A DNA stretch of 63,377 nt from an uncultured Muribaculaceae bacterium (lineage in GTDB: Bacteria; Bacillota_I; Bacilli_A; RF39; UBA660), in assembly GCA_964486215.1 (NCBI GenBank), contig CAZALI010000004.1, forward strand, positions 1-63,377, read 5' to 3'. The notes below the pieces were generated by a model. The model was not told where the DNA came from and did no database searches. It saw nothing but the letters and a program-made list of their open reading frames with translations. This document shows, piece after piece, positions 31,265-40,600 of the stretch (positions within the stretch are counted from its first letter, which is position 1; each line of letters starts with the position of its first letter). A program made the position numbers and the translations under genes.

Positions 31265-31293
31265 ATAATAACACAATATGTGTAATAAATCAA
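31265..31293 (-). promoter_or_regulatory. Candidate minus-strand promoter convergent on the small peptide gene (possible antisense RNA)
   Basis: On the minus strand: TTGATT (-35, overlapping the PASTA gene stop), a 17-bp spacer, and TGT-TATTAT (extended -10). Transcription would run through two hairpins (31252..31228 and 31204..31185) to a T-run that overlaps the peptide ORF 3' end. Confidence 0.3.
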
Positions 31294-33116
31294 CTAGCTA
31301 GTACTATTGATACTGTATCACAACTACTAACAGTACCACCATCAAATCCTGATATAAAGTCTGCTGAATCATATCCATCAGCTTTTTTACAAGTCACATT
31401 TACTTTTAATCCAGAACACTTTCTAGTTAAAGAACTTCTTAAAGCACTCGCAGCACTATTACAATTATTATATTGTTCTAATACAGAATATATTTCAGCT
31501 GGTCTAAAACTACAGCTATTACATGTTGGAGTAGGAGTAGAAGATCCTCCTCCTGAAGAATGATTATTATTACCACTATTACTACTATTAGAAGAAGGTT
31601 TATTATTAGTATCTCTTCGCTCTTCAACATTCTTGCCTTTACTTACAGTAATAGTAACAGTTGTATTTTCACTTATCTTAGAACCACTTCTAATAGATTG
31701 AGAAATAACCTTACCTTCACTAACTTCACTACTACTTCTATAAACAATACTATATTTAATATTATTATCTTTTAATATAGATATAGCTTTTTCTCTACTT
31801 AATCCAACTACATCAGGCATCTTTATTTGATTACCATTAGATATAATAACTTTAATAACATCGCCACTCTTAATTACTTCTCCTTCTTTAACAGAGAATT
31901 TAATTATTTCACCTACAGCAACTTTATCACTAAATTCATGTTCTTCTTCGTATTTAACATTATGTTTATTAGCCCATTCATAGAATTCAGCTAAATCTTT
32001 AAAATGTTTCATTCTTAGTTTACCAAGAGATACATATACTTTAATAGTATCACCACTAGTTACTATATCTCCTTTTTTCTTATCACTACCTATAACAGTA
32101 TTTTTCTTAATCTTATCATCATACTTTTCTTCAAATTCTACTTTTAAATGATTCTTAATAATCCATTTAGTAACTTCTTTAATAGATTTACCTTTTAATT
32201 CTATAACTTTAATCTTTTTACCACGACTAACAGTAACAGTAATTTCTTTATCATCAATCTTAATTTCAGTACCAGGCTTTTCAGATTGTTTCATCACAAT
32301 ACCTTTTTTGTATTTATCAGAATAATCATCTTTAAATTTATATTTAACATGATGTTCTTCTAAATAGAATTTAGCTCTGAATTTACTCATACCAACAAGC
32401 TCTCTTAAACTAACACTTTCAAAGTCTAATTCTTCTCCATAAGAGAAAGTAATCTTAATATTATCACTTCTCTTCATAGTACCTTTACGACTTTGTTCTA
32501 TAACTGTTCCTTCTTTACTTTTGCTACTCTTAAACTTAATATCTACATTTCCTAAGAAATTCTCTTCTACAAATGAAATAACTTCTTCTTTTTTCCAACC
32601 ACTCATATCAGGAATTACTATTTCTTTACTTGGACTAGGTCCATCACTAATAGCAATCTTTAAAGTATCAATATCTTTTAAAGCTTCACCTTCACGAACA
32701 CTCTGTGTAATAACAAAGTTTTCTTTAACCATATCACTATATTCATATTCTTCTTCTAATTTTATATTATTTTTCACAGACCAATTAACTACATAGTCAA
32801 TACTTTTACCACTTAAATTAATCATTCTAGTATTCTTTATACTAATAATATTATTTGTATTTAGAATATTAAAAGTATAAAAAGCTATTAATAAAAGACT
32901 ACTCATAAAGACAATACTCTTACTTTTAGCTTTAAACTTAATAGAATATACTACATAAAATAATGTGAATAATACTAAAATAAAACTATTTATAAGTTCA
33001 TTAATATCTTTATCAATAATAATATTTCCTACAAAGTAAGCTACACTTAATAAGAAAGTTATAACTAAAAATATATCCACAATTATATGTTTATTACTTT
33101 TATTTTTCTTAGGCAT
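31290..33116 (-). CDS. Membrane protein with about six PASTA domains and a Cys-rich C-terminal domain; no kinase or transpeptidase domain
   Basis: Three N-terminal TM segments. Six repeats of about 65 aa; the last is canonical PASTA (MPDVVGLSREKAISILKDNNIKYSIVYRSSSEVSEGKVISQSIRSGSKISENTTVTITVSKG). An S/N/G-rich linker is followed by a tail of about 75 aa with 7 Cys. Confidence 0.8.
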   Translation of the reverse strand: MPKKNKSNKHIIVDIFLVITFLLSVAYFVGNIIIDKDINELINSFILVLFTLFYVVYSIKFKAKSKSIVFMSSLLLIAFYTFNILNTNNIISIKNTRMINLSGKSIDYVVNWSVKNNIKLEEEYEYSDMVKENFVITQSVREGEALKDIDTLKIAISDGPSPSKEIVIPDMSGWKKEEVISFVEENFLGNVDIKFKSSKSKEGTVIEQSRKGTMKRSDNIKITFSYGEELDFESVSLRELVGMSKFRAKFYLEEHHVKYKFKDDYSDKYKKGIVMKQSEKPGTEIKIDDKEITVTVSRGKKIKVIELKGKSIKEVTKWIIKNHLKVEFEEKYDDKIKKNTVIGSDKKKGDIVTSGDTIKVYVSLGKLRMKHFKDLAEFYEWANKHNVKYEEEHEFSDKVAVGEIIKFSVKEGEVIKSGDVIKVIISNGNQIKMPDVVGLSREKAISILKDNNIKYSIVYRSSSEVSEGKVISQSIRSGSKISENTTVTITVSKGKNVEERRDTNNKPSSNSSNSGNNNHSSGGGSSTPTPTCNSCSFRPAEIYSVLEQYNNCNSAASALRSSLTRKCSGLKVNVTCKKADGYDSADFISGFDGGTVSSCDTVSIVLAS

Positions 33117-33236
33117 AATATCACATCCTATTCTATATACATTATATAATAAAGAGTATTATAACGTAAAATAATTAAGTAAAATAATGTCTAGTACTTG
33201 TAAAATATGATAAAATAAAAGGCAGTAGGTGATACT

Positions 33237-34148
33237 ATGTCTAAAGATAAAATATCTATTATTATTCCTTGTTTTAATGAAGAAGAATCTATCCCAATAA
33301 TTTATAAAGAAATAAAAAAAGTAATTAAAAAGATTAATACTAATCTTGAAATAATATTTATAGATGATGGATCTACAGATAATACATTAAATACAATAAA
33401 GAAGTTATCTAAAAAAGATAGAGTAGTAAGATATATTTCTTTTTCTAAGAATTTTGGTAAAGAAAGTGCTATGTATGCAGGTCTAAATTATTCTACAGGT
33501 AACTATGTCACAATAATGGACTGTGATATGCAAGATGATCCAAATAAGTTAATAGATATGTATAATATAATTACTACTGAGGATTATGACTGTGTAGGTC
33601 TATATTCTAAATATCACAAAGACTATAATATCTTTAGAAAAATAGGTACTAAGATTTGGTATAAATTATTTAGAATTGAAAGTTTAGCTGGAACTAGAGA
33701 TTATAGATTAATGAATAGAAAAGTAGTAGATGCATTCTTATCTCTAAAAGAGAGTAATAGGTATACAAAAGGTATATTTAATTATATAGGTTTTAAAACT
33801 AAATGGTTAGAGTATAAAACACCTAATAGAGTAGCTGGAAAATCTAAATACAATTTAAAGAAACTAACATCTTATTCAATAGAAGCTATCACATCATTCT
33901 CAATTAAGCCATTAATTATACCTATCTATTTAGGATTATTACTATTATTAATTTCAATTATATTGTTTATTCTTTTGATATTTAATTATTCTAAAATAAA
34001 TCTCTTAATAGGTTTAATAGTATTATTTACTAGTATAGAATTATTATTTATAGGAATTATAGGACTATATGTAGGAAAGATATATATGGAGTCGAAGAAT
34101 AGACCTCTATATATAATAAATGAAACAGAAAAAGATAATATTCAATAA
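33237..34148 (+). CDS. GT2 polyprenyl-phosphate glycosyltransferase (GtrB/CsbB-like, 2 C-terminal TM segments)
   Basis: SIIIPCFNEEESI, IDDGSTDNT, MDCDMQDDP (DxD) and two C-terminal TM helices. Confidence 0.85.
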   Translation: MSKDKISIIIPCFNEEESIPIIYKEIKKVIKKINTNLEIIFIDDGSTDNTLNTIKKLSKKDRVVRYISFSKNFGKESAMYAGLNYSTGNYVTIMDCDMQDDPNKLIDMYNIITTEDYDCVGLYSKYHKDYNIFRKIGTKIWYKLFRIESLAGTRDYRLMNRKVVDAFLSLKESNRYTKGIFNYIGFKTKWLEYKTPNRVAGKSKYNLKKLTSYSIEAITSFSIKPLIIPIYLGLLLLLISIILFILLIFNYSKINLLIGLIVLFTSIELLFIGIIGLYVGKIYMESKNRPLYIINETEKDNIQ

Positions 34149-34199
34149 CTTGTTTAATTAATTTATATGTTATAATAATTATGATAAGTAGGTGAAATA

Positions 34200-35276
34200 A
34201 TGAAAAAGAAACTTCTTTTTACTAGCTATAGTTTAGACTTAGGTGGTATAGAAAAAGCTTTAGTAAATTTACTCAATATAATTAATTATGATAAGTATGA
34301 AGTAACCTTAGTTTTAGAGAAAAAAGAAGGTATCTTTTTAGATGAAATAAATCCTAATGTAAAAGTAGAAGAACTAAAAGTATCAAATATACATAATACT
34401 TTAATCAGAAAAGCTATTAACTTTACTAGAAAATTTTTATTTAAATTAAAATATCATAATAAATATGATTTTAGTTGCTGCTACGCAACATATAGTTATA
34501 GTAGTGCTAAAATAGCTCAAATAGCTTCAACTAATTCATCTATTTTTATACATGGTAATTATAATGATATGTATCCTAATAAAGATGAATTCTATGAATT
34601 CTTTAATTCTAGAAATATAAGTAATTTTAGAAAAATAATATTTGTATCTAATGAGAGTAAAGATGCTTTTTCTACTAGATATCCAGAGTTAAAAGATAAG
34701 TTCTTAGTATTAAATAATTTTATTGATACAGATGAAATAATTACTAAGAGTAAAGAAGAAATTGATATAGAGAAACCTACTGGTACTTTACTAGTATTTA
34801 TAGGAAGATTAGATGATCAGTCCAAGAAAGTATTCAGACAAATAAACTTAGTAAAAAATATTCCTGATATAAATTTATGGATAATAGGAGAAGGACCAGA
34901 TAGATCTAAATATGAAGATAAAGTACAAGAAGAAAAACTAACTTCTAGAATTAAATTCTTAGGTCAAAAGAAGAATCCATATCCATATATGAATAAAGCA
35001 GACTATATAATACTAACTTCTGATTATGAAGGATTCCCAGTAACTTATTTAGAAGCTATTACTTTGAATAAAGATATTATTACTACTATTCCTACTAGTG
35101 ATGATTTAATTGATATTAGAAATTATGGACATGTTATTTCTAAAGATGAAGATAAGATGATAGAAGAAGTAAAAGATATTATTAAAAGTAAAAGTACAGT
35201 AGAAAAAATAGATTTTAATAAGAAACAAAAAGAGAGAATTAAACAACTAGAAGAATTATTTGATGAGGTGATCTAA
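34200..35276 (+). CDS. GT4-family (GT-B) glycosyltransferase
   Basis: SLDLGGIEKALVNL at the N-terminus and an EX7E-type block SDYEGFPVTYLEA. Confidence 0.85.
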   Translation: MKKKLLFTSYSLDLGGIEKALVNLLNIINYDKYEVTLVLEKKEGIFLDEINPNVKVEELKVSNIHNTLIRKAINFTRKFLFKLKYHNKYDFSCCYATYSYSSAKIAQIASTNSSIFIHGNYNDMYPNKDEFYEFFNSRNISNFRKIIFVSNESKDAFSTRYPELKDKFLVLNNFIDTDEIITKSKEEIDIEKPTGTLLVFIGRLDDQSKKVFRQINLVKNIPDINLWIIGEGPDRSKYEDKVQEEKLTSRIKFLGQKKNPYPYMNKADYIILTSDYEGFPVTYLEAITLNKDIITTIPTSDDLIDIRNYGHVISKDEDKMIEEVKDIIKSKSTVEKIDFNKKQKERIKQLEELFDEVI

Positions 35277-36187
35277 TGCCTAAGTTTAGTATAGTAGTAC
35301 CAGTCTATAATGTTGAAAAATACTTAAAGAAATGCCTAGATAGTATTAAAAATCAAACATATAAAAACTATGAAGTAATAATAGTAAATGATGGTACTAA
35401 AGATAATAGTATGGATATTGTAAAAGACTATGACTTTAAAGTAATTAATGAAGATAATGAAGGACTAAGTCAAGCTAGAAATAATGGTATAAAAAAAGCT
35501 CAAGGAGATTACTTAGTATTTGTTGATAGCGATGATTATATAGAAAAAGATTTATTAAAAGAATTAGAAAAAAGTACAGATAATAATCCTGATATAATTA
35601 GATATCAAGTAAGAGAAGTAAGAGAAAATAACTTAACTGACTATAATGAAGAACCATTTAATAATAAAAATGGAGTAGAAGCCTTTAAGTTAATAACTAA
35701 ATATCATTATGTAGAACCAGCTTGGTGTTATGCTATAAAAAGAAAATACTATGAAAAAGAAAAATTTAGTTTTAAAAAAGGAGCTTTTCATGAAGACTTT
35801 GGTCTAATACCTCTTGTTATTATGAAAGCTAATGTAGTAAACAGTATTCCATATATTGGTTATAATTATATTAAAAGAGAAAACAGTATTATGAGTAATA
35901 CTGATTATAATAAAACACTAAAGAAAGTAGAAGATTTTTATAATCATTATAATTACTTAGTAAAAGAAATAGATAATACAAAACTAGATTCTAAGTATTT
36001 TAAAAGTTTTATTTCTAATAGTTTAATCTTAAAAATAACGGAGTTAAATAATACTGATTATCATAAATATTTAAATAAGTTAAAAGAAGATAAAGTATTT
36101 GATAATCTACTAGAAGATACTCTTAGTAGAAAGATTAAAAAGAGACTAATATCTCTTTCACCCAAAATATATTATAGAAAGAAATGA
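35276..36187 (+). CDS. GT2-family glycosyltransferase
   Basis: FSIVVPVYNVEKYL, VNDGTKDNS, FVDSDDY. Confidence 0.85.
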   Translation: MPKFSIVVPVYNVEKYLKKCLDSIKNQTYKNYEVIIVNDGTKDNSMDIVKDYDFKVINEDNEGLSQARNNGIKKAQGDYLVFVDSDDYIEKDLLKELEKSTDNNPDIIRYQVREVRENNLTDYNEEPFNNKNGVEAFKLITKYHYVEPAWCYAIKRKYYEKEKFSFKKGAFHEDFGLIPLVIMKANVVNSIPYIGYNYIKRENSIMSNTDYNKTLKKVEDFYNHYNYLVKEIDNTKLDSKYFKSFISNSLILKITELNNTDYHKYLNKLKEDKVFDNLLEDTLSRKIKKRLISLSPKIYYRKK

Positions 36188-36191
36188 TAAT

Positions 36192-36692
36192 ATGGCATAT
36201 AAAGTATTTAATAAAGGTCTAATTAATAGATATGGTAAAAAGTTTGAAGAAAAAAGTATTTATTCACTAGATACATCTGAAAGAGAATTAAAATTTGGTA
36301 ATAACGGTTATGGTTATCACTACGTTGACTATCTTGAAGATGGATTGAGATACTTTGATGGTATGAATGAAGAAATAGATATCGCAACAGTATATCCATT
36401 AGGTGATGTAGTAGAAAGCTTTGATGACTATTATGGTTACTATAACATGTACGTAACAGATAAGATATATATAGATCATGTCCTAAATAGAAATGAAATA
36501 ATAGACTATGCTTTAGATTTATCTATTCCTAAAGCAGAGAGATTTATAACGGGATATAAATTAAATGACTATGAAAAAGAACTATTCGAAAAGTGTTATC
36601 ATGATCCTCATATAGATAAAGCTATTGATTATTACCAAAATCATAATATGGATGCCTATAATACTCCTAAAGTATTAAAGAAGGTGAGATAG
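36192..36692 (+). CDS. Hypothetical soluble protein embedded in the glycosyltransferase operon
   Basis: 166-aa ORF tightly packed between two GT2 genes. No TM segment and no catalytic motif recognised. Confidence 0.7.
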   Translation: MAYKVFNKGLINRYGKKFEEKSIYSLDTSERELKFGNNGYGYHYVDYLEDGLRYFDGMNEEIDIATVYPLGDVVESFDDYYGYYNMYVTDKIYIDHVLNRNEIIDYALDLSIPKAERFITGYKLNDYEKELFEKCYHDPHIDKAIDYYQNHNMDAYNTPKVLKKVR

Positions 36693-37636
36693 TGAATGAC
36701 ATTAGTATAATAGTACCTATCTATAATGCTTCTAAAACTCTAAATAAATGTATTGATTCATTAATAAATCAAACTAAAAAAGAATTAGAAATAATTCTTA
36801 TAAATGATGGATCAACAGATAATTCAGGAGAAATAATAGATTCATATAAAGATGATAGAATTAAATATTTTAGTAGAACAAATCATGGTATAGGTAATAC
36901 TAGAAACTTTGGTATAAATAAAGCTACTGGTAAATATTTAATGTTTGTTGACAGTGATGATTACTTAGACTTAAATGCTTGTGAAAGATTATATACTGAA
37001 GCAGAAAAGTATGATTATGACTTAGTAGTTTGTAATTACTATAGAGTAATAAATGATAATTTAATACAAGAAAAAGTACAAAAATTAAATGATTATACTT
37101 TAAAAGGAGACAAAGAAATACTTTTAAAAGTAAATCTATCTCCCTGGAATAAGATATATAAAAGTTCTTTAATTAAAGATAATAAAATTAAATTTATGGA
37201 AGATTTAAAATATGAAGATGCTCCATTCGTAATAAATGCTTTATTAAAAGCAACTAAAATAGGTCAAATAAAAGATTATTTAAATTATTATGTTATTCAT
37301 GAAAAAAGTGAAACAACTATTAGAGATGAAAAAGTATTTGATATTATAAAAATAGTTGATATTATCAGAAATGATTTAAAAGATGAAGATTATTTATCAG
37401 ATACTTTAGATGAATTAACTATTCAAATATTAGCTAATTATAATATTCAACAAAGAGTTCAAAAAGATAAGAATTTAGCTATGAAATTTATAGATGAGTC
37501 TTTTAATTATTTAGAAAAAAACATACCTAATTATAAACAAAATAATTATTTTAAAAAGAGAAATAAATTAAAAGCTCTAATAGAGAGGAGCAAACCTTTA
37601 ACTAAGTTATACGTTAAGTTATATTATAATAAGTAG
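36692..37636 (+). CDS. GT2-family glycosyltransferase
   Basis: ISIIVPIYNASKTL, INDGSTDNS, FVDSDDY. GTG start overlapping the previous stop. Confidence 0.85.
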   Translation: MNDISIIVPIYNASKTLNKCIDSLINQTKKELEIILINDGSTDNSGEIIDSYKDDRIKYFSRTNHGIGNTRNFGINKATGKYLMFVDSDDYLDLNACERLYTEAEKYDYDLVVCNYYRVINDNLIQEKVQKLNDYTLKGDKEILLKVNLSPWNKIYKSSLIKDNKIKFMEDLKYEDAPFVINALLKATKIGQIKDYLNYYVIHEKSETTIRDEKVFDIIKIVDIIRNDLKDEDYLSDTLDELTIQILANYNIQQRVQKDKNLAMKFIDESFNYLEKNIPNYKQNNYFKKRNKLKALIERSKPLTKLYVKLYYNK

Positions 37637-37643
37637 GTGCATT

Positions 37644-40600
37644 ATGGTAAAGAAAAGATTATATTGGATAGATGTTTTAAAAGGTATGGGTGCCATATTA
37701 GTATTATTAGGTCACTTAGTACCATACAATAGTATGATAAAAATATACATATATTCTTTTCATGTACCATTATTTTTCTTTATATCTGGATATGTATTTA
37801 AATATGAGAAGAAAATAGATTACTTTTTTTATAAGAAAGTAAATAGATTATTAATACCATATATAAAGTATTCAATACTTTCTTTTTTTGCTAGTTATTT
37901 TGTAGAAGATGTAGTAGCATCTAAAAGAGAAATCTTATATCATATTTTCTTTGTAGGTGGAACTAACTACTTTAATACATCACTATGGTTCTTAGTTATA
38001 TTATTCTTTACTTTAATAATTGCTGAAATAGTAGGCCTCATAGTAAATAAATTAAAGATTAAGACTAATCAATTAATAAATACTCTAATACTATTATGTT
38101 TATTAGTAGTAGGTTTGTTGTTCATTAAATTTAATATAACTTTACCATTTGGTATTCAGATATTACCTCATTCTTTATTAATATTCTATTTAGGTTACTT
38201 ATATAAGAAATCAACCAAGTTACCAAAATTATTATCTAAACTACTAAAGAAGATTACTATTATGAAATATGCTATTATACCTGTTGGAATATTAGCTATA
38301 GTACTAGGTCAAATTAATGGTAATATAGCTATGTCAATGAGTGAATATAATAATTACTTTATATATTTATTTGTAGCTTTAGTAAATATTATGATATATA
38401 TTTTGATTGCTAAAAAGATTAATAGACAAAAAGTATTAGAAAAATTAGGTGAGTTATCTCTATTTATGATATGTACTCAGAGAATACTAATAAAATTTAT
38501 TTATTATTTCCAAAATAAATTTGACTTAACTTTACTACAATCACCTAATATTCTCATTGACATTGGTATAACTATACTTATACTTATGTTATACTTAAGT
38601 TATGGAAAGGCCAAGGAAGTGATTAAAATGAAAAAGAAATCATGGATTTTGACTATGTTATTAATATTAATTAGTTTTAATATAACTTGTGTAAACGCCA
38701 AGTCTACTGGTTGGGAAGTTATAGATGGGAAATACTACTATTATGATTCTCAAACTAATGCTTACTTAACTGGATGGCAGACAATAGATGGACTAAAATA
38801 CTACTTTGATCCAACAACAAGAGTAAGATTACAAGGAATACATGAAGTAGATGGTAAGAAGTATTTCTTTGGAGTAACAAAAGGTAAAGTAATGTATGGT
38901 TGGATTAACTATGACAATAAAAAGTATTATACAGATCCAACTACTGGAGTATTATCTAGTGGAGTAACCAAAGTAGGAAGTAAAAACTATTTCTTTGGCA
39001 TAAATACAAATAAATTAATGTATGGATTAATAAATAATCATGATGGAGAAAAATATTATAGTAATAAAGATGGTGTTCTTCAAACGGGATGGCAGAAGAT
39101 AAGTGGAAAAACTTATTATTTTGATAAGACAACTTATAAAGCTAAGAGTGGTTGGCAGACAATAGATAATTTAAAATACTACTTTGATCCAACGACAAAA
39201 GTAAGACTACAAGGAATACATGAAGTAGATGGTAAGAAGTATTTCTTTGGAGTAACAAAAGGTAAAGTAATGTATGGTTGGATTAACTATGACAATAAAA
39301 AGTATTATACAGATCCAACTACTGGAGTATTATCTAGTGGAGTAACCAAAGTAGGAAGTAAAAACTATTTCTTTGGCATAAATACAAATAAATTAATGTA
39401 TGGATTAATAAATAATCATGATGGAGAAAAATATTATAGTAATAAAGATGGAATTCTTCAAAAAGGCTGGCAAACTGTAAGCGGAAAAACTTATTATTTT
39501 AATACTGTAACATACAAAGCTGTTAAAGGTTGGCAAACTATAAATAATTTAAATTATTACTTTGATCAAACGACAAGAGTAAGACTACAAGGAATACATG
39601 AAGTAGATGGTAAGAAATATTTCTTTGGAGTAAATACTGGTAAAGTAATGTATGGTTGGATTAACTATGATAATAAAAAGTACTATACAGATCCAATGTC
39701 AGGAGTACTCGCAAGTGGCGTAACTAAAGTAGATATTAATAGTTATTTCTTTGGCATAAATACAAATAAATTAATGTATGGACTAATAAATAATCATGAT
39801 GGAGAAAAATATTATAGTAATAAAGATGGCGCTCTTCAAACTGGAATGCTTGAAATAAATAGTAAATGGTATTATTTTGATAAAACTAATTATAAAGCTT
39901 TAAGTGGAATTCAAATTATTGATAATGCTGAATACTATTTTGATCCAACTACTAAAGTAAGAGCTAAATACATAACTAAAGTAGATGGAAAGTATTACTT
40001 CTATGGAATAAAGTATGGTAAAAAACAATATGGATTAATATCATACGATGGTGAGTATTATTATGCTGATCCCCAAACAGGTGAACTACAAACAGGTTGG
40101 GTAACTATAGATGATAAATTATATTACTATTTACCAGATAGTAAGAAAAGAGCTAAAGGTGTTCACAAAGTAGATGGAAAATATTATTTCTTTGCGATCA
40201 CAACTGGATTAGTTAGAAAAGGCTGGATAAATTATAATAATAAAACATATTATGCTGATCCCCAAACAGGTGTCTTAGTAACTACAAATACTACTATAGA
40301 TGGTGTATATTATAAATTTAATAGTAATGGAACTATTATTTCTCAATGGATAAAGGATTCGCAAGGAACAAGATATTTATTCGCAAATGGTAAATATGCT
40401 GATGACTGGACTCATATTGAAGGAGGAAAACACTTCTTTAATTCACTTGGTTATTTAATTGATAAAAATGCTAGAAAAGTAATAGACGTTTCTGCTCATA
40501 ATGGAACTATTGACTGGGATAAAGTAAAATCTAAAGGTGATATAGATGCTGTAATCTTAAGAATCGCAGCTGGTTGTGAAAGTGAAGACACTAAATTAAA

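Noticed and set aside
38772-39905. Regularly spaced repeats as a CRISPR array or mobile-element remnant
   Set aside because: The repeats have a 378-bp period, are contiguous without unique spacers and maintain one long reading frame encoding cell-wall-binding repeats.
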